From Octopus sinensis (taxonomy: Eukaryota): DNA of 64,000 nucleotides. The stretch's first letter is position 1. Each line of letters starts with the position of its first letter. Under the pieces are notes generated by a model that was given only the letters and a program-made list of their open reading frames with translations, had not been told where the DNA came from and did no database searches. The stretch covers positions 17,050,001 to 17,114,000 of the forward strand of contig NC_043006.1 of NCBI RefSeq assembly GCF_006345805.1. The letters run 5' to 3'. Both the position numbers and the translations under genes were made by a program. Shown here in pieces: positions 13,500 to 25,494 of the stretch.

Positions 13500-15700
13500 T
13501 AATTTTTGTTCTCTATAAGAAAAAGATTAAGGATGATTTATGTGAAGGGAATATGAGGAGGTCGGTATTTAATTTCGTAATAAAAATCGTGATTATGAAA
13601 AGAGGCGTCATCGGGGAAACGAAAATAGCAGCCGAAAGTTAAAAGTCGACAGATCCAAAAAATTATAACGGGACAAATTCAATTTCTTAAGAGAATAGTT
13701 AGAAGATAAATATATTATTATAAATCTCTATTTCTATTTCGTTGATAATAAATTATTCATAAAATGCAAAGAAAAATTAATAAGCAATTAAATTCAGCTT
13801 GTAAGATATAAATTTATGTCCATCGCCAACGAGTCCGGTCTGCAAAAAGACGACAACACATGGGGGAAAGGAAAGGAAAAGGGAAAAAAACCCCATAATT
13901 TCTTTACCTGTTGAGTTGCCAATTCAAAGACATTGCTCACGATGCAGTCACTATCACTAGCCATTACAAAACTGCTTTGCGCTAAGACTTATTTCCATGT
14001 TTGGTGCACAGATGTTGAGTGGATGCTAATAAGAGAGACACTCGCTGAGGACAGGACCACCATGTTTGTTATTATGCCAGATCACATGAGGAAGAATCGA
14101 AGGTGGGGGCGTCGACATTAGAATGGGATTTTAAAAATATAGATATATATATAATAATTAAAATACGGGATTATTTTTTTTTTCAACTTTATTTAGTCAT
14201 CCAACAATTTTAGGTTAGATTTTTACATTTAATTATATTATGAGCAGTATGACATTTCCGTCCTCGGTCTGAGATATAAACGGATAGGGCTAAATAAATA
14301 AATAAATAAATAAATGTGCATATGTATGTGTATATTATATATACATATATATACTCGGTTGGTCAAAAAATATATACAAAAATAATTATAATTCCATTTA
14401 CTATTCGACCTAAGTTAATTTAGGAGAATTTATTCCAAGATCTCATCAACTATATATTTATATATATATATATATGTAAAGCATAAAAAGAAGGTAGACT
14501 AGGAAAATTAAATTATTTCATATAGATACGGTATAAAAAGGAACAGAAATTTTATTATTTAACTGTTATTAAAGAATAGAGAAAAGTATTACATAATTTA
14601 ATTTTATGCTGTTTTCTTAATAACTAAGCCCGGAGCAATTGCTGCACTCACTTCCGCTTGTGCCACCGGTGGAGTGCTCTCCCTTGTCCTTTTAATTTAC
14701 TATAGCACGTGACCCTATGTTTTTGTACGGTTTAATATTGAGGACGATCTAAGGTATTTATGGAATTATATCGAAATATTTACCGATATTTGTCGGTATT
14801 TCTACCTCTTAAACTTATTGCATGCTTCAAATATTATTTAGAAATATTCTTCTCGCTTCACTTTAGTATTTTTATTTGGAATTTCCTCTGCAACACTTAT
14901 AAATATACGCTCCATCCTAATCCAAAATGCTTCGTAATTTTGTGATTCCTTATAACGCAACAGTAACTTTTTCTTTTATTTTTCTCGTAAGAAATAGGTT
15001 CTGGATTATTTAGGAGCTGGCTTAGATTATCGACTGGTCTTCTCTTGATACAGAATGTTTCACGTCGTGGTTTTACATTAATCTTTTATAATTGAGACAT
15101 CAACGTTTTTAATTTTTGCATTAAGAAAATAATAATATACGGTTTTGTTCCTTCAAATTAACAATTGTTTTAAGTAGATCTTACTGAAAGAGACGTTTGG
15201 ATATTTGGCGATCTTTCGTCTCTAGTAGACCTTTCCGTCGATTTCCGTAAAAATTTTTTTTTTTTTTTTACATATGGGCTTGCGGGAACTTTTGAAGTAA
15301 TATACATACATATACACATACACCGAAGACGAAAGATTGCCGGATATTTATTTTTTAAAACTGGGCACATTTTAATTAATCATTCAGGTCGGCATGGAAC
15401 GTTGAATACAAATAGATTTCTTTAAAATTACGATCTTTCATGAAATAATATTTGGGCGTGAGAACATTAATACGAGTTTCAATTATTCGAAAAATTAACT
15501 TCTTTAATAAGCTGATTTTGAAATTTTTGTTTTTGTTTCTAATTGTATATAACCTCGCGTCTCCAGTGACTTTGTATGTCTTGTACCTGGGTTTTAAAAG
15601 AGCCGACAAAAGTCTCAAAGTCCATGCCTTAACGATTGAACTGCTTATATCTTAGCTTCAAATTAAAACTATCGATTTATTCAGATTGGACATGCTGACT
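13500..15700. promoter_or_regulatory. Putative (possibly bidirectional) promoter region
   Basis: Repeat-poor and visibly richer in CpG than its flanks. ETS-like CACTTCCGC at 14649-14657 and E-box GCACGTGAC at 14705-14713. LAMTOR4 needs an upstream first exon because its ATG directly follows an acceptor AG. Confidence 0.4.
13908..13964 (-). CDS. Candidate first coding exon of a divergently transcribed gene
   Basis: ATG GCT ... CAG|GTAAAG encodes MASDSDCIVSNVFELATQQ. A strong pyrimidine tract and acceptor follow 68 nt later (13840). No homologue recognised. Confidence 0.3.
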
Positions 15701-16379
15701 TATCTGTATTGTAACATTATTTAGCTCTAGTTAAACTGTCTTAAACGTAAATATAACTGTTTGTCTATGTAATTGCCGACCTGCGATATTCATTTTGAAA
15801 TCTAAATCACCTGAATCGTTCTTAAATTATGGGACACAACATCAAATTTACCACAGTTCATTTTTCATGTTAACTTTTCCGTATTTATGATGTATTATTT
15901 CAATCAATTCATTTTATTGAACTAGCTCTAATACTTTCCTCATATCCACCCCACCCCCTTTTCCATCATAATTCCACTGGCATCTTGAATGCTTCACAGG
16001 AATATGTTAGCCTTTGTGTCTACCCTGTGTCCACTACTCAGTTTGACTACCAAGTTGTCAGTCTTTGTGGGCGGGGCCGCACTTTGATAAACTCCATGCA
16101 CTCAAAGTTGTATTACTTCCGTCCTGCCTTTAGTAAGCGTTTGGTTGGTTGTATTGCAATTGGTACGCATGCGATTAAAGTCTAACGTCTACTATTCTCC
16201 TTTTATTCGGTACTTCTAGTTAATTTTGATGCAAAACATTTGCTTTCATACCCGTCTCATAATAAATTCACTTTTGCTGACCCTCTCGTATCGCAACACT
16301 TTCGCACTCCTCCCCATAGCAGCGCAGGAGCGGTATGTATTGTCATTCTGAACTCTCCACAACAATCAGAATTATCCCC

Positions 16380-16540
16380 CGTGCAGGTTGTTGACCGACA
16401 TTCTGATGTACCAAATACCTTTGATCTCGTTTTCATTTCCAAACCCGACCTCTACCAAACCATCACAGTCTTTGCACTTACCAAAGCGTTTGACCACTGC
16501 TTAATCAAAGCTACTGTCCACATATGCACTTAGTACACAA
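16380..16540 (+). mobile_element. Degraded LINE APE-endonuclease C-terminal fragment
   Basis: PNTFDLVFISKPDLY...FDHCLI resembles the LDLxLTS...SDH motif of APE endonucleases. Confidence 0.45.
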
Positions 16541-17161
16541 TACCCCCAACCACTTGCACTCTGGCGCTTGCAGTCAGCTAATTGATCGGGATTCCACCAC
16601 TTATACTGTAGCAGTCTTCGTTAGTTAATATGTTACCTTTGACCCACACAAGAGAACTGAGCAGATTTCTCTCAGAAATAACCCTTTACATTCTCACACA
16701 ACCAAAACTAAGTTGATAACCACAAGTGCAAGTTGTAGCAAATAGATGGTGGCGGTGATGACGATGATGGTGCAAGACTACTATCTGAAATGCAAAACAC
16801 GTCTGCATTCATTGCAAGATGGGTGATCTCAGTTGCATTCCAAATTGTGGCTGGACCTTTTGCTTTCTCTACAGACTTTGTGGAATCTTCTTGGACGTGG
16901 GTAAACATCAGGTGGAGAAAAGTGGGTGGGGAGATAATTGAGTTAGATATCATGCTTATGTAAATGCTGTAAAGGTCAGAGAGTGCTATAACATAAATTG
17001 TATTGGCACAACCTGACAAAAAGCTTTCTAATTAGCTAATTATTTGCATGCTGAAACATTCTCCAACCAAACATAGATGTCACTGGAAGCAACTTTGCTT
17101 TCAAAGTGTTCAATACCATTGCTGTGTGATAGAAGAAATGGCTAGTTTTAACAGAAACATT

Positions 17162-17384
17162 CGATTCGAGCGAGGTCGTTGCCAGTACCGCCTGACTGGC
17201 CCCCGTGCCAGTGGGACGTAAAAAGCACCCACTACACTCTCGGAGTGGTTGGCGTTAGGAAGGGCATCCAGCTGTAGAAACTCTGCCAGGTCAAGATTGG
17301 TGCCATCTGGCTCGCCAGCCCTCAGTCAAAATCGTCCAACCCATGCTGGTATAGAAGGCGCACGTTAAACGATGATGATGATGA
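17162..17384 (+). mobile_element. 5'-truncated RTE 3' tail copy (subtype B)
   Basis: CAAGATTGG..CCCTCAGTCAAAATCGTCCAACCCATG..GTTAAACGATGATGATG. Confidence 0.85.
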
Positions 17385-18289
17385 CAGTGTAAAACAATGG
17401 AAAAAGAATCATCACTGGAGTATGGCTCTGTAAGCAGTACTCCTGTAAAGAAAATTTCCAGTTTGGCCGTCCATTTTTTACTTCCATTTCCACTCTGCCA
17501 GAACTTTAGTTTTCCACTCTTTGGCACAACACTACAAACACTAAGTGTAAAACAATTTCAGTCACTTCAAATCCTCAAGACAACCGTATTTGACAATGTC
17601 CTTTTCTATTTCCCTCAAATGGTAGTTTTTTCCCTGAGCTCGACAACCATCAGTTCTCTCCATGATCCATCCCAATCTCTGAAAACATGCTACATAGCAT
17701 GGAAACATTGTTAGAGGGAAGATAACTCTTCATAGAAATGTGATATTGTCAAATACAGTGGGTGTGTATGCATGTGTTAGATTTCTATGCAGGACATCTT
17801 CTCTGACACTCTTTACTATCAACCTATCTTTCTCCTTCCCAGCATCTCAGTGGCGATGGGCACAATCATTAGCATTCACTTCCAATATCTCTCTCTCCTT
17901 AGTATTACTAGCTTGATGGTGTAGATCCAGGTCTTTATCGTACACCTCTTGCCTTTGAGAAGTTCATTTGTAAGCTATGATCCTCAACTAGGGCAGATGT
18001 ATCTTACATTTGGGACAACATATTTGTGGGTTGTGCCTTGTCATTTAGTCGACTGCCTGAGTGTCGTTGATCAGCTTGAGCAGAGATGCCCTTGAGTTTT
18101 GCAGCAGGATTAGTTCCTTAAAAATCTTATTTTAGAAATTAACATGTAATCTCAGAAATAGAAAATTAAAATTTCTTGCTAAAAAAAAAAAAGAAATGGA
18201 ATTGGTACTGCTTCTTAGATTTACTAGATATATAATACTTCAAATGATAAATCAATTTGTTTAAGGAATCAAAATTAATTAATCTCTAG

Positions 18290-18341
18290 CTCCGTGAGTC
18301 AGAGTAGCTGTTCCAGTGCATCTCCCTCACCATCCTCTGAG
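18290..18341 (+). CDS. Candidate internal coding exon (Ser-rich) of an unidentified gene
   Basis: CTCTAG|...CTGAG|GTAACA; frame xSVSQSSCSSASPSPSSE; phase-compatible with 18514-18567. Confidence 0.45.
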
Positions 18342-18513
18342 GTAACACCTTTCCCATTTTGTCTGCTGGGACCATGAGGCAGGAACCCATATGTTCCTCT
18401 CCTTAATGTAATGTTACTTCTAATAATATTTAATTTACTCTGTGAAGAACCACACTACAACCGCTGACATATCTACATCACAGAAGTGTGAATTCTTTCA
18501 TTTGTATTGTCAG

Positions 18514-18567
18514 CTTCAAGCAGTGTTCGATAGACTTTGGCTGGAGCAAGGCTGTTCTCAAAACTAA
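18514..18567 (+). CDS. Candidate terminal coding exon of the same unidentified gene
   Basis: Acceptor TTCTTTCATTTGTATTGTCAG, then LQAVFDRLWLEQGCSQN*. Confidence 0.45.
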   Translation, partial: LQAVFDRLWLEQGCSQN

Positions 18568-19519
18568 TAAACACAAGATGCAAAAATATTAGACTTTGTG
18601 CTTATGTTATTTGAATAGTTTGTGTGATATTGAATTCCTGTATCCTAAACATTGATACTTGTTCATGAGTCTGAAGGCTTGATGTTTTATTATATCGTTA
18701 CCTAAATTACAGTGTGTCCCTGGAATAAGTTTTGTATAGGTTGTGAAAGTGTACAGGCATTACAGAAAGAGGATCTATTCAAGTGTGCTATTGTATTCCA
18801 ACTACTCAATTTGTTGTGGGTCAGCCAAGTTTTTGCCCTCAAGAATTAATATTTTGTTGAAGAATTTCTAGCATGAAACAAAATTATTCAAAGTAAATGG
18901 AAAATAGTGGTATTTGGGAATCACATATTCTCAAATTTCCGTATACCTACCAATCTAACTGTACAATCTTATACAATCAGTGATCCTTCCAACACTGCTT
19001 TGGCAAGTACAGTGATGAGGTCATAATAGGACTGAAATAGTTCCTGGATTGTCTCTTGCTTGCTAAAAATTTACAACATTTCTCATTAATATTGTCATTT
19101 GAAGAATTCGCTGCATTAAATGTATGAACACTAACTTATGTAAAATAGGCTCTTTCATACTTCAGATGTAGGGTCAAAAGTGAGTATTATACAAGGTGTT
19201 GGGTTAAAAAAAAATCCTCCAGATTTACCTGTCTGATAAACATTTCAGCAGCAAACACAGTGTGTACCAATCCAAATCATTATAATAGGGAACATTAAAA
19301 TATTAGCTACATTAAGATACCGTTACCACCACCTACCTAAGTTTACCAGTGCCACACCAATAGCCATGTAAAATATGGGAAGTTTTTCTACTGCACACTG
19401 TATTTGAGGAGTGTTGCATATTCCATTGAAAAACAGCAAAGATATAGTTGAGGTTTTCAAAGTAATAAAGAAAAGTATAAATATCATCATCATTGTTCGA
19501 CCGTGGTTGAGACAATGGA

Positions 19520-19877
19520 CTTCACGGTCCATCATAGCTAGTGATACTCTCTTGAGTATAGAGTCAATCTCGCCTAGAATTAGGTGCTTGAGATAAATGG
19601 AAATCCGAAAACAACATTGGTATGTGTGTATAGCCCACATAAGTCGTCTGTGGCAGATGAGATTGAGGATTTTTATACAACCCTTCGTTCAACCATTGAG
19701 CAAGTACCTCTCCATAATTTTCTAGTTATAGCTGGTGATCTGAATGCTAAACTAGGGCCCGATGAGACCAAGTTTACTTTCAACTCTAAAACTAATCGGA
19801 ATGGGGAAATGCTCAAAGACTTTTTAGCGGAATTTAATCTTTACACCTCCAACAATTATTTTATGAAGCCAAACGTA
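19520..19877 (+). mobile_element. Isolated LINE APE-endonuclease fragment
   Basis: LVCVYSPH...FYTTL...LVIAGDLNAKLG...NRNGEML..F....L..SN.YF is the canonical EN motif series. Confidence 0.85.
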
Positions 19878-20145
19878 TAAATATAATGTGATTGAGTTAG
19901 CACTCAATAATAAAAGACTCTAGAGAGGGAACTGTATAACAGGTCTTTGGGGAACCCCACCTCTTCCTCGGGCAAGTGCTTCAGCCCTTAACTCCTTACA
20001 CTATAAGGGAGCCAGGCTGCATCCAGGTCATTGCTTCAGAATAGCTCTCTCGCTGCCACATTCTGTGTTACTAATGGCATTGCAGCCTGCACTTTTGTAG
20101 CTGGTGAAAATGTTCAAAAATGTTTTTAGATACCATCACCTTACT

Positions 20146-20398
20146 GACACCTGTGCAGGTGGCATGTGTAAAAGGATTTGAGCGAGGTCGTTGCCAGTAC
20201 CGCCTGACTGGCCCCCGTGCCAGTGGCATGTAAAAAGCACCCACTACACTCTCGGAGTGGTTGGCGTTAGGAAGGGCATCCGGCTGTAGAAATTCTGCCA
20301 GATCAAGATTGGAGCTTGGTGCAGCCATCTGGTTCACCAGCCCTCAGTCAAAATCGTTCAACCCATGCTAGCATGGAAAGTGGACGTTAAACGATGAT
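20146..20398 (+). mobile_element. 5'-truncated RTE 3' tail copy (subtype B)
   Basis: Same sequence as 17162-17384 and 52455-52934. Confidence 0.85.
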
Positions 20399-21289
20399 AA
20401 CTAGTTCAGTCTGAAACTTTTTATTTCCAATTCAAGCCACACGTAAGTCGTTTCTTCCCTTATGCCCTTACAGAGGATGTGGAATTTACACTGCAAGTTG
20501 CAAAACAACAATTAATTACATATGAGGGATCCTACTGGATTATGGCTGTGAACCATATCTCCCTATAATACCTGTTGACTGAAGAATTAAGACTCAGTGT
20601 CATTGCTAAGTTACTGATAACAGGAGACAACGTGGCAACAGTGATAGTCAGAAAAAATGTTGGATTTGATTGATTCTTTTTTTTTATCTGTTTTCAGTTT
20701 CAGATATCTTTCACTTGTTTCTGTCATTGGACAGTGGCCATGCTGGAACACTGCCTTGAAGGGTTTTAGTTGAATGAATTGATCCCAGTACTTGTTTTTT
20801 TAAAATAAAATCTGGTGCTTATTCTATTGGTCTTACTTGCTAAACCATTAAGTTACAGGTACTTAGACCAATACTGATTGTCAAGCAATGATGGTAGCGA
20901 GTGGATGGGAAACCAAGACATACACACACACATAAATGCATACATTTTTATCATCATCATTTTTTAACATCCATTGTCCATGCTGGCATGGGTTGGACTG
21001 TTTGACCAGAGCTGGCAAGCTGGAGAGCTGCACCAGGTTCTAGTCTGATTTGTGTATGTATATATGTATGTGTGTACATACATGCACATGCTGGGCTTCT
21101 TTCAGCTTCTGTCTACCAGTCCTCTAACAAAGCACTATGGTCAAGTCTGGAGCTATAGTAGAAGACACCCAAGGTGTCATGCTGTGGGACTGAACCCAAA
21201 ACCATGTGTTTGGGAAGCAAACTTCTTACCACACAGTCAAAAAAACGAATATAAGCAAATTTATAATATTCTTTGTTGCTCTTTTGCAG

Positions 21290-21367
21290 ATGGCTGCTTT
21301 AAACATGGACAAAATTCCTGGCTCTGTTGGATACCAAATACTTAATGAAGAAGGTGCAATTCTGAGT
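21290..21367 (+). CDS. LAMTOR4: Ragulator complex protein LAMTOR4, first coding exon
   Basis: TTGCAG|ATG...AGT|GTAAGT; MAALNMDKIPGSVGYQILNEEGAILS matches the LAMTOR4 N-terminus (human [20 protein letters not shown]). Confidence 0.93.
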
Positions 21368-23160
21368 GTAAGTAAAATTCTAATCATTTCTCCTTTTTAC
21401 CTATTTTATTTAGTTATTTTTTCATAATACACTTTCCTATTGCATTAGGTTCCTTTCACATTTGCTGTCTCCCCTAAAATACATTATATACATATATTTT
21501 CTGAATAATAATAATAATAATGATGATGATGATGATGAAAAGCAGTGTTGCTGATGCCATGTAAAAAGCACTGGTGATAGTGTCACATAAAATGTACCCA
21601 GTACACTTTTAAATGCTGTTGGTATTAGGAAGTGCATCCAGCTGTAGAGACTAAGCCAAAACTGCCACTGGAACCTGGTGTGGACCCTGGCCTTGCCACC
21701 TCTCATCACGCTGTCCAAGTCATGCCAGCATGGAAAATGGACGTTAAATTATGATAATCCTTTCTACAATAGGCACAAGACCTAAATTTTGGGGGAAGAG
21801 CTAGTCAATTACATCAACCCTAGTGTGTTACTAGGTACTTATTTTATCAACCTTGAAAGGATGAAAGGCAAAGTTGACCTTGATGAAATTTGAACTGAGA
21901 ACCTAAAGACATGAAATGCACTAAGCATTTTGCCCAGCACGCTAAGGATTCTGCCAGCTTGCTGCCTTAATGATATTGATAATAATAATGGTTTCAAATT
22001 TTGGTACAAGGCCAGCAAATTAGGGGAAAGAGTGAAGTTGACTACACCAACCCTAGTACCCAACTGGTACTTATTTTATCAAACCTGAAAGGATTAAAAG
22101 CAAAGTCAACTTTGACAGAATTTGAACTGAGAGTATAAAGATGGACAAAATGCCAATATGCACTTTGTTTAGCATGCTAATGATTCTGCAAGCATGCCAC
22201 CTTATTCTTCTGTAAGATAGTGATTGAATGTTTAAATTTACATATTCTTTAAAACAAGTCAGCTTTGTATTATAGAACCAAGAGTAGTCATTGAGAGATT
22301 GGTATTAAAAGTACTAAAGAATACTGTTGCAAACTGGTTTTCACTTCTTCAAGTCCTTAATCTTTTACTTTTGCAGTTCTTTATTTTATTCAGTGTTTTT
22401 ACCCATAGCTTTTATTTGAATATTAGCTGTAACAAGGAAATTTGATACAAGTTGACTTCACCAATGAAATATATTTAGGACTGCATAGCTGAGTATTGTT
22501 TTGTGTATAATATAGAGTATGACTAAAGATCGTATAAGGAATCCAATTTCACCTGGAAAACCTTGTATGTACACATTTTCCCTTTTACTATTTGTAAAAC
22601 ATGTTTGCATACACAAGCACATATCTTACTGGAAACACTACTCACAATTCTATGGCTTGGTTTCAATAGCTGGATACCCTTCCTAACACCAACTATTTTA
22701 CAGAGTTGTAAGTACATTATTTTCATAGCACCAGCATTAGAGAGGTTGTCATGTCTTTGACATGACAAAAAATCCCACATGTAACAGGGTGCACTGGGTA
22801 CATATGGCACTAGCACAAGAGAGGATAGAGATGTGACTCCAATAGATAGATAGAGCTGAATAAATGTGGCAGTGACTGCTGGATGTTGATACCAAATAGC
22901 CAATGGGGAGGGAGTGTAGGTAATGTGTATGAAGTACATGCATACTTGATGGGGTCCCTTATGAAGATTTCTCATGATGGATGAGAGAGAGCAAGGGTGA
23001 TAAAGCTAAAAGAGGATGGAGGCAGTTGAAGTGTTACTGAGAGGGTCAGATAGGTCCATTGGTATCCCTTGTTACACTGGAAGCAATGTTCAGTTAACAG
23101 AAGATATCTGTTACCATCCTTAATCACACTGGCAGCACAGTACAGTAAGAATGAAAAGAG

Positions 23161-23417
23161 ATCATCATCATCATCGTTTAATGTTCGCCTTCCATGCTAG
23201 CATGGGTTGGACTATTTTGACTGAGGACTGGCGAACCTGATGGCTGCACCAGGCTCCAATCTTGATCTGGCAGAGTTTCTACAGCTGGATGCCCTTCCTA
23301 ATGCCAACCACTCTGAGAGTGTAGTGGGTGCTTTTACATGCCACCGGCATGGGGGCCAGTCTGGCGGTACTGGCAATGACCTCGCTCGAATCTTTTTACA
23401 CATGCCACCGGCACAGG
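23161..23417 (-). mobile_element. RTE 3' tail copy in LAMTOR4 intron
   Basis: Subtype B tail with (GAT)n end. Confidence 0.85.
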
Positions 23418-24475
23418 TAAGGCGACGTGATTGAAATATAAGTAAAGGGTTCTGCTATAAGAAGGATGTATGATGGAGGGGCAAGTGTTAGGTATATTAG
23501 AGAGATGAGCTGTCAGAGAGGCTAATGATGTAGATGTAGCAGTATGCATATATACATAAAATGATAATGGTGATATATGTGTGTGTATATGCATGTAAAC
23601 ACTCACATACAAATACACATGTTCATTTGCATATACTGTTGTAAAACGGTGTACTGAGTTGTGTCCCTTCCCATCAAAGGTAACTTAGCCATTCAACAAA
23701 TGGAAATCAATAAAACAAGCAGCCAATTAAAAGGAGTACTGAAGTTGATATAATCATCAAAACCCTTAAAGGGATTGCCCCAGCATGACCAAAGCCCAAT
23801 GGCTGAAAAACGTAATGGAATAAAAGAATCAGTGTAGGATTTAGTTAACAAGTGACAGGAAGATCTTTGTTTGGGTACACATCTAGATAGACATAGACTA
23901 AGTCTTGCTTTGGTACTAAGTATACTAAAATTGGAATGATACAGAGATTAGTATGGCTCCTGCACAAGGATCACATGAAAATTTGTGAAGTGATCCATAT
24001 TTTTTAGGAGAAGGCATGGCTCTGTGGTTAAGACGTTTACTTCCCAATCATGTGCTTTCAGGTTCAGTCCCTCTGCTTGGCACCTTGGGCAAATCTCTTC
24101 TATTTTAGCCCCAAGCTGACCAAAGCCTTGCGAGTGAATTTTGTTGACAGAAACTGTTAGAAGCCCATTGTGTGTGTGTGCCTGCACTAGCTTGTCCCTT
24201 TCCCCACAACTGCTTTGACAACTGGTTTGGGTTTGCTTGTATCTCCATGTATACACATTGGCACACACGTATGTGTGTGTATACAGTTTTCAATGACCAA
24301 ATTTAACTCACTTGGAATGGGACCAGAAACTATATGGTTATGAAATGAATTTTGCAACCACACAGCTATGGTTAATTATACGTATTAATTTCATTTTCAG
24401 TTTTTTTTTTTTGTTTTTTTTTCCTAAAATATAGACTGATTCATGAGAACACGCATTTATGATTTCTATTTCCAG

Positions 24476-24590
24476 TCGTTTGGTGAACTAGAATATGATG
24501 AAGTCACCGCTAACCGAATATACAGATTCTTGCACATAGCATGTAAAATGCCACTTGCTGAAAGGAAAGATTACTGGAAAAGAATTATGG
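24476..24590 (+). CDS. LAMTOR4: LAMTOR4, second coding exon
   Basis: TTTCCAG|...ATGG|GTAAAT; SFGELEYDEVTANRIYRFLHIACKMPLAERKDYWKRIM (human SSGDLENDEQAASAI...FKRLS); phase 0 to phase 1. Confidence 0.93.
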
Positions 24591-24824
24591 GTAAATGCAA
24601 CAGCTGTTTCTTACTATCTGTCATTCTGTTTTTCTTTCTTTAAAAGAGACCTGTGCTGATAACATGTAAAAGGTACTCGGTATACCCTGTGGAGTGGTTT
24701 GCATTACGAAGAGCATCTGACAATAGAAACCAAGTGAAAACAAACTGGAGTTGACGCAGGTCTCCGGTTTAACATCTCCAGTCAAAACCGTCCAACCCAT
24801 GCCAGAATGGAAAGCTGACATTCA

Positions 24825-25494
24825 GTGATGATGATGATACATGGCTTATTCAAAATAGGAAAGGCTTCACTCCTGAATTTTTTTCAGGATTCCTATGGCT
24901 AGTGGAAGGAAAAGAGAGAGGAATTTATTCTTGAATGTTCATAGCAGAGGTTACTTTACTAAAGACAGCCAAGGACCATGTCATCATCACTACTGGCACC
25001 TGTGCCAGTGGCATGTGTAAAAAGATTCGAGTGAGGTCGTTGCTAGTACCGCCTGACTGGTCCCTGTGCTGGTGGCATGTAAAAAGCACCCACTACACTC
25101 TCGGAGTGGTTGGCGTTAGGAAGGGCATCCAGCTGTAGAAACACTGCCAGATCAAGATTGGAGCCTGGTGCAGCCATCTGGTTCACCAACCCTCAGTCAA
25201 AATCATCCAACCCATGGTAGCATGGAAAGCGGACGTTAAACGGTGATGATGATGATGATCTTCTTTTCTATGTTTGCATGGGTCCAATGAAATTCATTGA
25301 GTCAGATTTTTCAGTGTCTTCTACTATAGCTTCAGGCTATATCATATCTGTCTTTTGTAGAGTGAACTCTGCTATGAACATTCAAGAATAAATTCCTCTT
25401 TTCTTTCCTTCTACCAGCCATAGAAATCCTGAAAAAAATTCAGGAGTGAAGCCTTTCCTGTTTTGAATAATCCATGTACCATCATCATCATCAC
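24825..25494. repeat. Inverted duplication: arms 24825-24968 and 25348-25494, about 90% identical by eye
   Basis: TTATTCAAAA..GGAAAGGCTTCACTCCTGAATTTTTTTCAGGATT..GAGGAATTTATTCTTGAATGTTCATAGCAGAG is present as its reverse complement about 380 nt downstream. Confidence 0.9.
24994..25259 (+). mobile_element. RTE 3' tail copy inside the inverted-repeat spacer
   Basis: Subtype B tail. Confidence 0.85.
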
